A stretch of 64,000 bases of DNA from Candidatus Binatia bacterium (GCA_038245295.1 JBBRSP010000016.1:32001-96000); one strand, 5' to 3'; shown: positions 30,449 to 40,668, numbered from the stretch's first letter. The notes: generated by a model not told the origin, from the sequence alone. Made by a program: numbers and translations.

Positions 30449-31369
30449 ATGGGGCCACTGGAGCGACTTACGTTGAATGCCATCGACTTGTCCGTCGTAA
30501 CACCCGTTTACAACAACGCCGCGACGCTCGACGAGCTGCTCGACCGCATCATCAAGGTGGTTGAGCCGATTACCGCTGATTTCGAAATCATCCTGGTCGA
30601 CGACGGCTCGCGCGATGAGAGCTTGTCGATTCTACGACGACGCGCTGCCGCCGACCCACGGATTCGACCACTGTCGCTGGTACGCAACTTCGGCAGCCAG
30701 GCCGCCGCCTGCGCCGGGTTGGACCATGTGCGCGGACGGCGCATGGTTTCGATCGACGCCGACCTGGAGAATTGTCCGGAGGACATCCCGGCGTTACTCG
30801 AGCCGCTCGACCGCGGCTACGATCTAGTGTGTGGCTATCGTGAAACACGCGACGCCCCCTGGCTTCGACGCAAGCTCCCTTCCTTGATCATGAACGCCTA
30901 CATCCGATACCAGCTTGGCACCCGCGTACGAGACCTGGGCTGCGGGATGCGGGCCATGCACTCGTGGGTCATCCGTGATCTCGAGTCCGAAGGTGAAAAC
31001 CGCCGACTGCTGACACCGATCATTCTACGCCGCGTTCGTAAGGTCGCGGAAGTTCCGATTCGCCCCGGCATCCAACGTACCTCGAGCGCCCACTCCTTCC
31101 TCACTCTGCTCGGCATGGCCATGGATTACTACTTGCTCTCGGCGCGGCGCCCATTCCTGATCAGCGGCCTCACTTCTGTTCTCGTCGTGGGGGTGGGAAG
31201 CACGCTGCTGCTCTTTGGTCCGAGATTGGCGGGGCTCGTATTGTTCGCGTCGGGGTGGCTTGGCGCCCTGATGTCTCTTCTCGGCGAATACCTGCAGCGC
31301 AGCTACCAACTGGCTCAACGCGTGCCCTTCTACAAACTCAGGCAGCCGGACGAACCAGGCAATCCCTGA
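30449..31369 (+). CDS. GT2 ArnC/GtrB-like polyprenol-phosphate glycosyltransferase
   Basis: LSVVTPVYN, VDDGSRD, RNFGSQAA..AG, IDADLEN.PEDIP, DLGCGMRA, C-terminal TMs ending LGEYL. Confidence 0.9.
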   Translation: MGPLERLTLNAIDLSVVTPVYNNAATLDELLDRIIKVVEPITADFEIILVDDGSRDESLSILRRRAAADPRIRPLSLVRNFGSQAAACAGLDHVRGRRMVSIDADLENCPEDIPALLEPLDRGYDLVCGYRETRDAPWLRRKLPSLIMNAYIRYQLGTRVRDLGCGMRAMHSWVIRDLESEGENRRLLTPIILRRVRKVAEVPIRPGIQRTSSAHSFLTLLGMAMDYYLLSARRPFLISGLTSVLVVGVGSTLLLFGPRLAGLVLFASGWLGALMSLLGEYLQRSYQLAQRVPFYKLRQPDEPGNP

Positions 31370-31430
31370 TCCTCCGCTACGGACTAGATTCGGCGACAGC
31401 GGCACCCGATGGCACGCGATGGTTCGCGCA

Positions 31431-33113
31431 TCATTTCCAGCCTTCAACGAGCAGCAACGGCAGATTCTCCCAGGCGTTGATCGGTCCAACATCCGGAAGG
31501 GGCACCTTCAGGCGGTCTCGGCCGTGGGCGGCGATCAGGCTACCGAACTGCAGTTCCCAGTTTTGGAGGTAGATGCCGGCGGACACGCGGCCAATCTCTC
31601 GCGGCAGCGGGTCCAGCGGCTGGCCCGCCACCGGTACTTCCGGGACTCCGACGATCCACACCTTCCCCCCACGCCGAAGAGTAGCCTCCACACGTGCCAG
31701 GTCGGGCTCGACAGCCGCCTCTCCCGCCTTCATCTTCTCCGCCACCAGATGATGTCGATGAAACTTGTGCTCTTCAAAATCCGGGATCGTGATCCACGCA
31801 GCTCGTCCACGATAGTAGCGCTGGAAGGTGATCCCACAGTACCAGGGGAAGACCACGATAAGATCATCGGGCCGCGCGCTCACGTTCAGCTCGGCGGCAA
31901 TCACATCAAGGTTGGTAAGGCGCACGTTCAGCGTCTCCCAAACGGCCGGTATTGCCATCAGCAAACCTAGAACCACCAACCCGACGCGGCCGTGTTCCCC
32001 CCAAGGTATGCGTTGGACCAAGGAGCGAACGCCGATCTCGCAAGCCAGTGCACTCACGATGATCACCGATAGGTAGTGCCAATACTGCGTCGGTATACGC
32101 AGCTGCCCATAGATCGCGAACGTGACGACGAAGCCAAGCGACCACGACAGCAGCGTGTACAGCAAGCGATCGAGCTCTTTTTCGGTCGCGGGAGAATAGA
32201 GACCAACAACAAATCCGGCGACGGCAATGGTGGCCGCGATCGCCCAGGCGACGCTCAAACCCAGGGCGCCGGGGCCCAACGAATGCCCGAACACCTGCAA
32301 CAGCCAACCATAGCTCCAGTAGTGCGCCTGCTCGATCGGAGCGGCCGACGCGAAGGCACGCAGCGTCGGCACATTTATGCCGAACAACAACACGGACGTG
32401 ATCGTACCCAGGGCAATCAGCATCCGGAGAACCGGCCAGTCACGTCGACGTAGACAGACGACCGCCGCGGCAACCCCGATTGCCGCGAACAAGACGCAGT
32501 TCGCGAAGGAGACTTGCGTCGCCACCAGCGCCGCCAATTGGGCAACCAGGAAGCGGCGCCGATCAGGCCGCTCGAGCAACGCCCACGTCGCTCCGAACGA
32601 CCAGGCGATGCCGAGCGCCGCGATTCCGTAACCGCGCACCTCGTCGCCATAGAGGACGATCGATGGGCTGAGACCACACAGCAGCAGCGAAACCAGAGGC
32701 GGCCCGATCCCCAGGCGCCAGCCGGTCCACCAGAGCACCCCAATCGTCATCAACCCAATGAGCAACCCGAATCGCCGCAGACCGGCGTCGGTGTCGCCGA
32801 GTCCGGCATCGGTCCAAAGACGAAGGAGCGCCGCCCAACCGAGCGGAAACGAGTCGAGGCCCAGATTGGCCACAACCTCCGTGAAGGTGGGCATCTGCAC
32901 CAGGTTGACGCTGTTGACCTCATCGCGCCAAAGACCGCCGACATGCCGATGACTGTGGATGTGCAACGCGACCAGCGCCAGCGTCATCAGGATACCGGCG
33001 GCCAACGCAAGGCGGGCGTCGAGACTACGCTGCACCGGGTTCTCGTCTGGCTGAGTTGGCAGCGCGGACCCGCCGATCCGAGAAAGTTGGCGGCGGCACC
33101 AAAGCCCCGTCAA
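31431..33113 (-). CDS. GT-C (ArnT/PMT-like) integral membrane glycosyltransferase
   Basis: GGLWRDE after the first TM, EVRGY motif, about 11 TMs, periplasmic C-terminal domain. Confidence 0.75.
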   Translation of the reverse strand: MTGLWCRRQLSRIGGSALPTQPDENPVQRSLDARLALAAGILMTLALVALHIHSHRHVGGLWRDEVNSVNLVQMPTFTEVVANLGLDSFPLGWAALLRLWTDAGLGDTDAGLRRFGLLIGLMTIGVLWWTGWRLGIGPPLVSLLLCGLSPSIVLYGDEVRGYGIAALGIAWSFGATWALLERPDRRRFLVAQLAALVATQVSFANCVLFAAIGVAAAVVCLRRRDWPVLRMLIALGTITSVLLFGINVPTLRAFASAAPIEQAHYWSYGWLLQVFGHSLGPGALGLSVAWAIAATIAVAGFVVGLYSPATEKELDRLLYTLLSWSLGFVVTFAIYGQLRIPTQYWHYLSVIIVSALACEIGVRSLVQRIPWGEHGRVGLVVLGLLMAIPAVWETLNVRLTNLDVIAAELNVSARPDDLIVVFPWYCGITFQRYYRGRAAWITIPDFEEHKFHRHHLVAEKMKAGEAAVEPDLARVEATLRRGGKVWIVGVPEVPVAGQPLDPLPREIGRVSAGIYLQNWELQFGSLIAAHGRDRLKVPLPDVGPINAWENLPLLLVEGWK

Positions 33114-33223
33114 AATGATTCATGCCAGACGCCGTCGGGGCTCAGCTCCGAAAAACTGTCGGCACGGGATGAGAGACATAGCCGCCGGTTCTTGCACGAA
33201 TCACCCTACCATCGCAATTTCTT

Positions 33224-33325
33224 GGTAGTGTCTCAATTTGGGATCCACACCCACCGATGGGTTCTAATCGGAGCGATGGGATCCACCACCCGCCAGCCGC
33301 CAACAGGTCAAACTGAGACACCACC
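33224..33325. mobile_element. 102-bp MITE with 17-bp terminal inverted repeats and 9-bp target-site duplication
   Basis: Left TIR ggtagtgtctcaatttg (33224-33240), right TIR caaactgagacaccacc (33309-33325); caatttctt flanks both sides (33215-33223, 33326-33334). Confidence 0.85.
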
Positions 33326-33420
33326 CAATTTCTTGGCGAGTTCCCTGCTCGGCGCCTAAAAACCTAGGCATATGCCTGGGCGCATAGTATTGGGAGGATC
33401 TAGTTCGCAGGAAAGGGCCC

Positions 33421-35457
33421 ATGAATCGTCCGATCTCGATCTTCTTGGGGGACATGCTTCACCCCAGCAATCAGAACAAAACATTTCCCTATGCGGGCGG
33501 ATGCGTCGGCGCCTACGTGGCCGAGGCGCTTGGTGATCGTGTCGTAGTTGAAGTGTTCCGTTCCCCGGAAGACATGGATGCCGCCTTCCAGCGTTGCCAA
33601 CCCGACATCATCGGCTTCAGCAACTACCTATGGACCCTCGAGCTTACCTACGAAGTCATCCGTCGCCTCAAGGCAAAGATGCCAAACGTCCCCGTCATCA
33701 TGGGCGGCCCGAATTACCCAACCGACGCGGCGGATCAGCGGGCGTTTCTGACGCGCTACTCTCTGGTCGATTTCTACGTGGTGAAGGAGGGTGAGGCGCC
33801 GTTCCTGGCGCTCATCGAGCAGCTTCTGGAGCTCAGGCTCGACGGCGCCGTATTCAAGGAGCAGCGCCGTACAATTCCCGCCGTCCACTATCTTATCAAC
33901 GAGGATTTCGTCGCTCCGCCACCGGCGCCACGGCAGCGCGACCTCGACGCCTTTCCTTCGGCGTATTTGAGTGGTCTGCTCGACAAGTTTTTCACGCGCC
34001 ACGACCTCACGCCATTGATCCAAACCAAACGTGGTTGTCCGTTTCAGTGCACGTTCTGCGTCGAGGGCGAGGACTACTACACCAAGGTCGGTTCGGTGAC
34101 CACGACGCGTTTTCGCGCCGAGTTGGAATACATCGCCAGCCGAATGGCTAACGGCTCGCCGTTGCTGCAGATCGCCGATTCGAATTTCGGCATGTTCGAA
34201 CACGACCTCGAAGTATGCGACGTCATCGCCGAGGTGCGTGACACGTACGGCTGGCCACAAACCATCGAGGTATCAACCGGGAAAAATCGCAAGGAACGCG
34301 TCCTCGAGGCGGTACGCCGCACCAAAGGCGCCATGCGGTTTGGTCCGGCGCTGCAAACCACCGATCGCCAAACCCTGCAGAATATCAAACGCTCCAACAT
34401 TTCCGAAACCGTCCTGATCGAGATGGCGAGCGCGGCAAAAGATTCCGACCAGCGATCCTATACGGAACTGATCCTCAATTTGCCGGGCGATACGATCGCC
34501 TCGCACCTGACTTCGATTCGCGCCGCGATGGAAGCCGGGATGCAACGGATCAAAATGTATCCCCTGATGCTGCTCCCCGGCACGGAGATGGCCTCCGAGG
34601 AGTCGCGCCGCGAATTCGGCATTGAGACACGCTTCCGTGTCTTGCCGACGTGTTACGGCAACTACACGTTCCTTGGCGAGACGTTTCCAAGCGTCGAGAT
34701 CGCCGAGTTGGTCGTCGCCACCAATTCCATGAACTTCGCCGACTATCTGCACTGCAAGCGCTTCGAGCTATCGGTGGAGATCTTCTACAACGACATCTAC
34801 CTCGAAGAGATCCACGGCCTGGCACGCGCGCTCAATCTACCGATGTTCACCTTCGTCGAGCGCTGCCATGCCCAGTTCGACAGCTTCCCGGCGGAGCTCA
34901 AAGAGGTCTACAGCGCCCTCGAGCACGGCGTCTGCGACAATCTCTTCGACTCGCGCGACGCTTGCCTCGAGCATTTCCGCGATCCGGACCATCTGCTTCG
35001 CTATGCGCGCGAGGAATACAAGAACAGCCTCGGCGCTTTGAAGGCGATCGCCCTGGTGGAGCATATCGAGCCGCTGTTGGTGATCGCCCGCCGGGCCTTC
35101 TGGGAGTGTATGGAAGCAGCAGGACTGGGGCAGCCGTCCCTCGCCGAGTACCTCGATGAGCTCATCGAATACAGCCGCCTGCGACGCCGCCAGATCCTCG
35201 ACATCGAAGTCGAGCCGGAAGGAACGTTCCAGTTTGCCTTCGACCAGATCGGTGAACGCGCGTTCCGCGTCGATCCGCGCGACTTCCGCCTGCGGCAGCC
35301 GCAACGCATGCGCTTCTGGCACGACGAGGCGCAAGCCCGCGACTTGCGGCGACTGCGCAGCGACGTATCCAATCCGATCCTACGGGCCCGCTCATTCATC
35401 TACCCGGCCACCGATCCGGGCGTGAACCCGTATCTGCGTCACGCACGTTTCTGCTGA
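33421..35457 (+). CDS. B12-binding-domain radical SAM protein
   Basis: PDIIGFSNYLW, MGGPN, EGE, TKRGCPFQCTFC, ADSNFG, LPGDT, LLPGTEM. Confidence 0.9.
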   Translation: MNRPISIFLGDMLHPSNQNKTFPYAGGCVGAYVAEALGDRVVVEVFRSPEDMDAAFQRCQPDIIGFSNYLWTLELTYEVIRRLKAKMPNVPVIMGGPNYPTDAADQRAFLTRYSLVDFYVVKEGEAPFLALIEQLLELRLDGAVFKEQRRTIPAVHYLINEDFVAPPPAPRQRDLDAFPSAYLSGLLDKFFTRHDLTPLIQTKRGCPFQCTFCVEGEDYYTKVGSVTTTRFRAELEYIASRMANGSPLLQIADSNFGMFEHDLEVCDVIAEVRDTYGWPQTIEVSTGKNRKERVLEAVRRTKGAMRFGPALQTTDRQTLQNIKRSNISETVLIEMASAAKDSDQRSYTELILNLPGDTIASHLTSIRAAMEAGMQRIKMYPLMLLPGTEMASEESRREFGIETRFRVLPTCYGNYTFLGETFPSVEIAELVVATNSMNFADYLHCKRFELSVEIFYNDIYLEEIHGLARALNLPMFTFVERCHAQFDSFPAELKEVYSALEHGVCDNLFDSRDACLEHFRDPDHLLRYAREEYKNSLGALKAIALVEHIEPLLVIARRAFWECMEAAGLGQPSLAEYLDELIEYSRLRRRQILDIEVEPEGTFQFAFDQIGERAFRVDPRDFRLRQPQRMRFWHDEAQARDLRRLRSDVSNPILRARSFIYPATDPGVNPYLRHARFC

Positions 35458-36458
35458 TCGAGACGCATGTGGAAGCTTGCCGCCGAACGCAAGCACTGGT
35501 GCCCGAGCTTGCCGAACACGTTGATGCTCTGAATGGTCGACGTCTGGGTTTCATTCTCCAGATAACTGGCGCCGAGCGGGCGCGTCGCCGCACACTCCTT
35601 CTGTAGGGCGGTGAACAAGCCGCGATAGCCCGGCAACGTTCCGCCGATGCCGCGACCGACGATGCGAACGCCAGCCGCCTCCGACAAATCGGGCATGATC
35701 ATCATCGTGTGGAAAGCAACGATCTCCGCGCCGTCGCGCACGACCAGAAGCACGTCGGCCCATTCACCGGTCAGCGCCTTCTGCGTCCACACTTGATAGA
35801 TTCCTAGAGCCCGCTCATGCGGCACGCCGCGATCAAACACATATGGGCCGCGATCAAAGGCCGTGGCCGTCCAGGCGTATAGCCGTTGCCAGGACGAGGG
35901 ATCGATATCGGCAATCGCAGGCTTCTCGATTAACTCGATGCGCAGCCCGCTCGGCAAATCATGCGGTGCACGTTGCCCCGTGAGGGCCTGCATCCAGGAG
36001 ATCTTGGTCCCGACGTAAAACGCTCCGAGTTGCTGCAGCGCCCACCAGGCAGTGCGATCGTGCGTCGAAGTGACCGCCGAGAAATGTTGAAACCGGCGCT
36101 CACGAAGAATTTCGCAAGCCGCTCCGTAGAGAGCTTGCAAGGGTTCCAGCCTTGCTTCTTCGTCGGCACTCGCCAATGGCGGCTCGATCTTGGCCATCGA
36201 CAGGCCGAAGTGTTGTGACTCGAAGTGCCGCCGACCGATTTGCAGGGCCGCCAACGCTTGCCCGCCGGCATCACGCGCCACCAGTACACTCTGCGCGCTG
36301 CCGGCATCACGCCAAGCCCGCCGATGCACTGTCAGGGCGCCCCCATCGCGGACCATGGGCGCAAAGTTCATGTAGGTTAGATAGGGCTCCCGCGGCAGCA
36401 ATGCGTCCAGTGCTTCCTCCAGGAGAGCGCCTTGCTCCAGCGCCACGCGTATCGGCAT
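35439..36458 (-). CDS. Tandem GNAT-like acetyltransferase (WecD/RffC-like)
   Basis: FESQHFG..., Y..W..., PGYRGLFTAL, ETQTSTIQSINVFGKLG resembling the WecD TQxxN motif; lies downstream of an aminotransferase. Confidence 0.6.
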   Translation of the reverse strand: MPIRVALEQGALLEEALDALLPREPYLTYMNFAPMVRDGGALTVHRRAWRDAGSAQSVLVARDAGGQALAALQIGRRHFESQHFGLSMAKIEPPLASADEEARLEPLQALYGAACEILRERRFQHFSAVTSTHDRTAWWALQQLGAFYVGTKISWMQALTGQRAPHDLPSGLRIELIEKPAIADIDPSSWQRLYAWTATAFDRGPYVFDRGVPHERALGIYQVWTQKALTGEWADVLLVVRDGAEIVAFHTMMIMPDLSEAAGVRIVGRGIGGTLPGYRGLFTALQKECAATRPLGASYLENETQTSTIQSINVFGKLGHQCLRSAASFHMRLDQQKRA

Positions 36459-36599
36459 CGCGGCGAGCTATACATTCGCGCCAGACACGGGGGAAGAGGC
36501 AGCGGACGATCGATTCGCTCGCCCGCTTTTCTCACCGAGTCGCTTAACGACAGCACCGAGTGTGCATCGGATCAGGGCTCGCGCAGCGATGACACAGGG

Positions 36600-37799
36600 C
36601 TAGCGCCGGTAATACAGAAGAATCCGCCGCAGCGCGGCGATGACGTCGTCGTGGTCGGCGTCCGACATCGCCGGATACAGTGGCAGGGATAGGATGCGCG
36701 ACGACGCATCGTTCGCCACCGGCGTGTGGGCGCGCGTTTCTCCCTCGACATCCTGGAAGTAGCGTTGCGTCGTCAAGGAGCGGAAATGCACGCCCACCCC
36801 GATATTGTCGGCAAGCAGCGCTTCGAGAAGCTGATCGCGGGACAAACGCAGGGCGCCGAGATCGAGCAGCACAGGGAAGAGATGTGCCGCGGTCTGCGAC
36901 TCGGCCGGACCGGACACGCAAGTCAGCTCCGGACGATCGGCAAACGCCGCGCGATACCGCGCATCGAGATCACGCCGGCGCGCCAGGAAGGCGGGGAGTT
37001 TCTTCAATTGCTCGATGCCGAGGGCGGCGCCGATGTCGCTCATGTTGTACTTCCACCCGGCAGACACCGCCTCCCAGTGACGATAGCTCTTGCCGATGCG
37101 CTGACTGGCATCGACGTCGATGCCCTGCAGCCGCTCGCGCCGCATGCGTTCGACGAACTCGGGGTGGCTTGTTGTGATCATGCCACCCTCCCCCGTCGTG
37201 ATGTTCTTGGTGGCGTAGAAACTGAAGACTGCCGCGTCGCCGAGCGCACCGGCGGCAACGCCGTGGTAGGTCGCGCCCAGAGCGTGCGCCGCGTCTTCGA
37301 TCAACCGCGCTCCCGCCTGAGCGGCGATCTGTCGCAGGGCGTTCATCTCGGAAGGCCATCCGGCGAACTGTACCGGCAGGATGACTCGCGTACGCGGCGT
37401 GATCGCCTCTTGCACGCGTGCCGGGTCGAGCGTCAGTTGGTCGGGTAACACGTCGGCGAATACCGGGCGGGCGGCACAGTGCAAGATGGCGTTCGCCGTG
37501 GCGGGAAACGTAATCGGCGACGTGATGACTTCGTCGCCAGGCCCCACCCCGGCGGCACGTAACGCCAGATGCAACCCGGCTGTGCAGGACGACACGGCGA
37601 TGGCGTGCGGCACACCAACAAACGCCGCGAATTCGCGTTCGAACCTGTCACTGCGCGGGCCGGTCCCGAGCCAACCGGAGCGCAACACCTCGACGACCGC
37701 GCGCTCCTCTTCTTCGCCAAGCTGCGGTCGGGCGAAAGCCAGCAGCGACTCTCGCACCGGCGCGCCGCCTGCCATTGCCGGGATGTCGTTCCGACCCAT
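36600..37799 (-). CDS. DegT/ArnB/PseC-family sugar aminotransferase
   Basis: SGWLGTGP, VSSCTAGLHLAL, IEDAAHALG, FSFYATKNITTGEGGM, LSLPLYP. Confidence 0.95.
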   Translation of the reverse strand: MGRNDIPAMAGGAPVRESLLAFARPQLGEEEERAVVEVLRSGWLGTGPRSDRFEREFAAFVGVPHAIAVSSCTAGLHLALRAAGVGPGDEVITSPITFPATANAILHCAARPVFADVLPDQLTLDPARVQEAITPRTRVILPVQFAGWPSEMNALRQIAAQAGARLIEDAAHALGATYHGVAAGALGDAAVFSFYATKNITTGEGGMITTSHPEFVERMRRERLQGIDVDASQRIGKSYRHWEAVSAGWKYNMSDIGAALGIEQLKKLPAFLARRRDLDARYRAAFADRPELTCVSGPAESQTAAHLFPVLLDLGALRLSRDQLLEALLADNIGVGVHFRSLTTQRYFQDVEGETRAHTPVANDASSRILSLPLYPAMSDADHDDVIAALRRILLYYRR

Positions 37800-37829
37800 C
37801 GATTCGATCTCCTTGTTGCAGCCGTGCGG

Positions 37830-38639
37830 TCAGGCGCGCCAGAAGCGCATTTCGAGGGAAATGCGGGTGAGATTGTGGTTGAAGTTCCGCGCCCCGCCAT
37901 GGATGAGATACGGCGAGAATACCAGGCAGTGATCGTCCGGCACGTCGGGCCGCTCGAGCGCCACCGGGCGGCGCGCGCCGGTTACGGCGGGAACCGTGTA
38001 GACACGTGCATCGGCGGTCGCCCCACCCAGCGTGCGCTCGATGTCCGACTCCGGCCAGTGATGACTGGCAGCGACAAGTGGCAGAGACGACAGAGCATTC
38101 GAGCCAAACAAGGGAGCGTAGATGTTGATCGCGTCGCGCAAGCGATCGATCCAGACGTCACGGTGCGGCGGATTGTTGTCGGTCGAACCCGGTCGCACGA
38201 TGCGAAAAGCACCGTACGCGGCCCCCAGGTGCGGTGAGAATGCCGTGACCCGCATGCCACACACATCGCTGACGGCATCTTCAATCTCTGCCACAGGGAC
38301 CGGGCCGCCGGCTGCTTCAAAGCCGCGCCGCACCCCTTCGACAAACGCATGGTGCAGCGCCGGTTCGAGCGCGGCGATCTCGTGATAGCGGGTCCATTCG
38401 ACCGGCGCGCCGACATACCCGAGTGCGCGCAATTGCTGTTCAAGAAACGCAGCGACGTCACGGCGCATCTTGGCGCGCGAATCTGCCGTCAGGAAAGGTT
38501 CGACGGTGTATCCGATCGCCGACCAGGGCTGCCCCGCCGTGAGATCATCGTCGTTGTCGAGGAGCACCACCTCGGCGCCGTATCCTCTTGGTCCGTCGCC
38601 GATATCCGGCAACTCTTCACCATTGAGGATCCAACGCAT
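37830..38639 (-). CDS. PhyH-like Fe(II)/2OG dioxygenase
   Basis: NPPHRD (HxD), LPLVAASH, LIHGGARN..TRISLEMR. Confidence 0.75.
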   Translation of the reverse strand: MRWILNGEELPDIGDGPRGYGAEVVLLDNDDDLTAGQPWSAIGYTVEPFLTADSRAKMRRDVAAFLEQQLRALGYVGAPVEWTRYHEIAALEPALHHAFVEGVRRGFEAAGGPVPVAEIEDAVSDVCGMRVTAFSPHLGAAYGAFRIVRPGSTDNNPPHRDVWIDRLRDAINIYAPLFGSNALSSLPLVAASHHWPESDIERTLGGATADARVYTVPAVTGARRPVALERPDVPDDHCLVFSPYLIHGGARNFNHNLTRISLEMRFWRA

Positions 38640-38688
38640 GAGAACGCAGTACCACAGCGTTCAATTGCCCAGCAACGGGCGACGCCGC

Positions 38689-39696
38689 TCAACCATAGGA
38701 GCGCAGCCCCTCGATGGCCGCAGTCAGCGGGCGTTTGAAAAGCATATTGAACTCGAGCATCGGACCAACCGTGCAAACGGTGCACGGCGTCTCACGATTC
38801 CAGGTGCGGCGCCAATCGTCGGCCAACAGGTCCACCGACACCGTCGTACCCTTGGTGTACGCGCAGGGGTATGCGTGGCCCAGCGGGTCGACATAGATGT
38901 AGCCGTGTCCGGCGGGACAACGCTCGTTCGGATCCTTGTACGCCGAAACCGAGAAGTCTTCCCAACGCGATAGATACTCGAGGTAAGGCGTTGAGCTGAC
39001 AATCGGCCGCCCTTTGCGTTTCTCCTCGAGGAGATGTTGCCAAAAGGCACGGAACTGTTGGTTCGAAATCGTCGTGTCGATGGCGCCGCGAACGATTTCC
39101 GTATCCACGCATTGCGGCTGGAAGTGCATCCGGAAGCCGATGGTCTCGGCTTGTTGCAGCAGGTACTCGGCTTGCGCCAGACTGTGCTGGGTGACGACAC
39201 AGATGGCGATGACGGGTTTGCCGCTGCGCAGCAACTGGGTGATGCTCTCCATGACCCCCTCGTACGCATGAGCGCCGCGCGCCGCGACATGGGCCGCCGC
39301 ATCGCCATCCAGGCTGGTGTACACGAGGTCTGCCTGCGCCAGACGCTCGGGATGCCGAGCAAACAGAGTGAGATTCGAGTTGACGCTCACGTAGAACTTT
39401 TGGCGCTTGGCCAGATCGATGATTTCACCCAGGTCGGCGCGCAGCAGAGGTTCGCCTCCCGCGATACCTAGGCGACGGATGCCCATTTCCCTCAATCGCT
39501 CGAAGAGAACGGCGATGCGATCAAGTCCGAGGTTCTTTGGATCGATGAAGGGACAGTTGCAGTACTCGCAGCGCAGATTGCAGCGGTTCGTAACGACGAA
39601 GGTGGCGGAAAACGGCCGTGGTGCGCCATCAACCATGTACGAAAGTAGACTCGTCGCGTACGAGTAGCCGACCGCGAGTTTCTCACCCAACAGCAC
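38689..39696 (-). CDS. Radical SAM protein with twitch/SPASM-type auxiliary cluster
   Basis: TNRCNLRCEYC, GGEPLLR, SLDG, C-terminal CPAG..YVDPLG..YPC...CTVC. Confidence 0.9.
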   Translation of the reverse strand: MLLGEKLAVGYSYATSLLSYMVDGAPRPFSATFVVTNRCNLRCEYCNCPFIDPKNLGLDRIAVLFERLREMGIRRLGIAGGEPLLRADLGEIIDLAKRQKFYVSVNSNLTLFARHPERLAQADLVYTSLDGDAAAHVAARGAHAYEGVMESITQLLRSGKPVIAICVVTQHSLAQAEYLLQQAETIGFRMHFQPQCVDTEIVRGAIDTTISNQQFRAFWQHLLEEKRKGRPIVSSTPYLEYLSRWEDFSVSAYKDPNERCPAGHGYIYVDPLGHAYPCAYTKGTTVSVDLLADDWRRTWNRETPCTVCTVGPMLEFNMLFKRPLTAAIEGLRSYG

Positions 39697-40552
39697 TGGT
39701 AGTCCCCAGCAGGTAGAGCCACAGGACGCCGAAGTACGCCTTCGTCAGCAGCCATCCCGTGCGCGCATTGCTGAACGAGAAGTAAATCACCAACGGGACA
39801 AATGCCGTGGTCGCCCACGCCGAACCGACGGGCTCGCGCAGGGCCATGTACAGAAAGAGCGTCAACGCCGCGAGTACAGTCGCGGACAGCCCAGCGGATC
39901 GTACGGCGGTGGTGGTAATCAAATTCGCAGCATCCGCGGCACGATCGCCAAGCGTCTGGTAGAGATGGCAAACCGCCGTCATCAATCCCACGAGAAGAAG
40001 CTCCGATGACGAGGAGCTCACAATCGCCGCATAGACAGCACCCCAGAGGCCGCACCAGACAACATCCATGACGGCGACACCCTTGAGCTTCGTCGAGTAG
40101 AGAATATTGACGAGCATGACCCCGGCAACCGCTGCCGCGGCACGAAGGTCGAGGGTGACGTAAGCGGCGACGACCGTCAGGAGCTTCAAGGTCAGGACTA
40201 CCACTCCGGACAGCCAGCGATGCGCCAAATAGATCGAGACAACCTCTTGATCCTTCTTCGGATTGTTCGAATCCGTCGGGGCGTCGTACAGATCATTGAA
40301 GGCGTACATGAGAGCAATCGCCAACAGCGAAATGAGTATCTGTGTGATCTCTCGCGATGCGATCAATCCACCCTTCAGAATCAGCGAAACATTGATCGCG
40401 AATAAAGCCCCTTCGCCCCCACGCGCGCGATGCAACGTCGACGCAGCACCCGCCCACAACAACTCGCTCACGGCAGTCGCGCTCGTCGACAAACTCACCC
40501 GTCCAGGCACGGTCGTGCTGTCGTCGGCTGGAATCGTTTCCGAAGGGGGCAT
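39683..40552 (-). CDS. UbiA-family prenyltransferase
   Basis: YAFNDLYDAPTD..NPKK, YS.KLK..AVMDV, second Asp motif GDRAAD; multiple TMs. Confidence 0.82.
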   Translation of the reverse strand: MPPSETIPADDSTTVPGRVSLSTSATAVSELLWAGAASTLHRARGGEGALFAINVSLILKGGLIASREITQILISLLAIALMYAFNDLYDAPTDSNNPKKDQEVVSIYLAHRWLSGVVVLTLKLLTVVAAYVTLDLRAAAAVAGVMLVNILYSTKLKGVAVMDVVWCGLWGAVYAAIVSSSSSELLLVGLMTAVCHLYQTLGDRAADAANLITTTAVRSAGLSATVLAALTLFLYMALREPVGSAWATTAFVPLVIYFSFSNARTGWLLTKAYFGVLWLYLLGTTSAVG

Positions 40553-40668
40553 TTGAGGGTCAGTAGCACGCGCTGTAAGCGTCAGGCAACGAAGATCGGG
40601 GCAGCGCTGCCGCGCCTGCCTGAGCCGTGATTGACAAACCCCAGACCTCGTTCCAATGCTCCGGACGA

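Noticed and set aside
38689..39696. RiPP maturase system
   Set aside because: No precursor peptide or PqqD/RRE seen; neighbours are sugar and lipid enzymes
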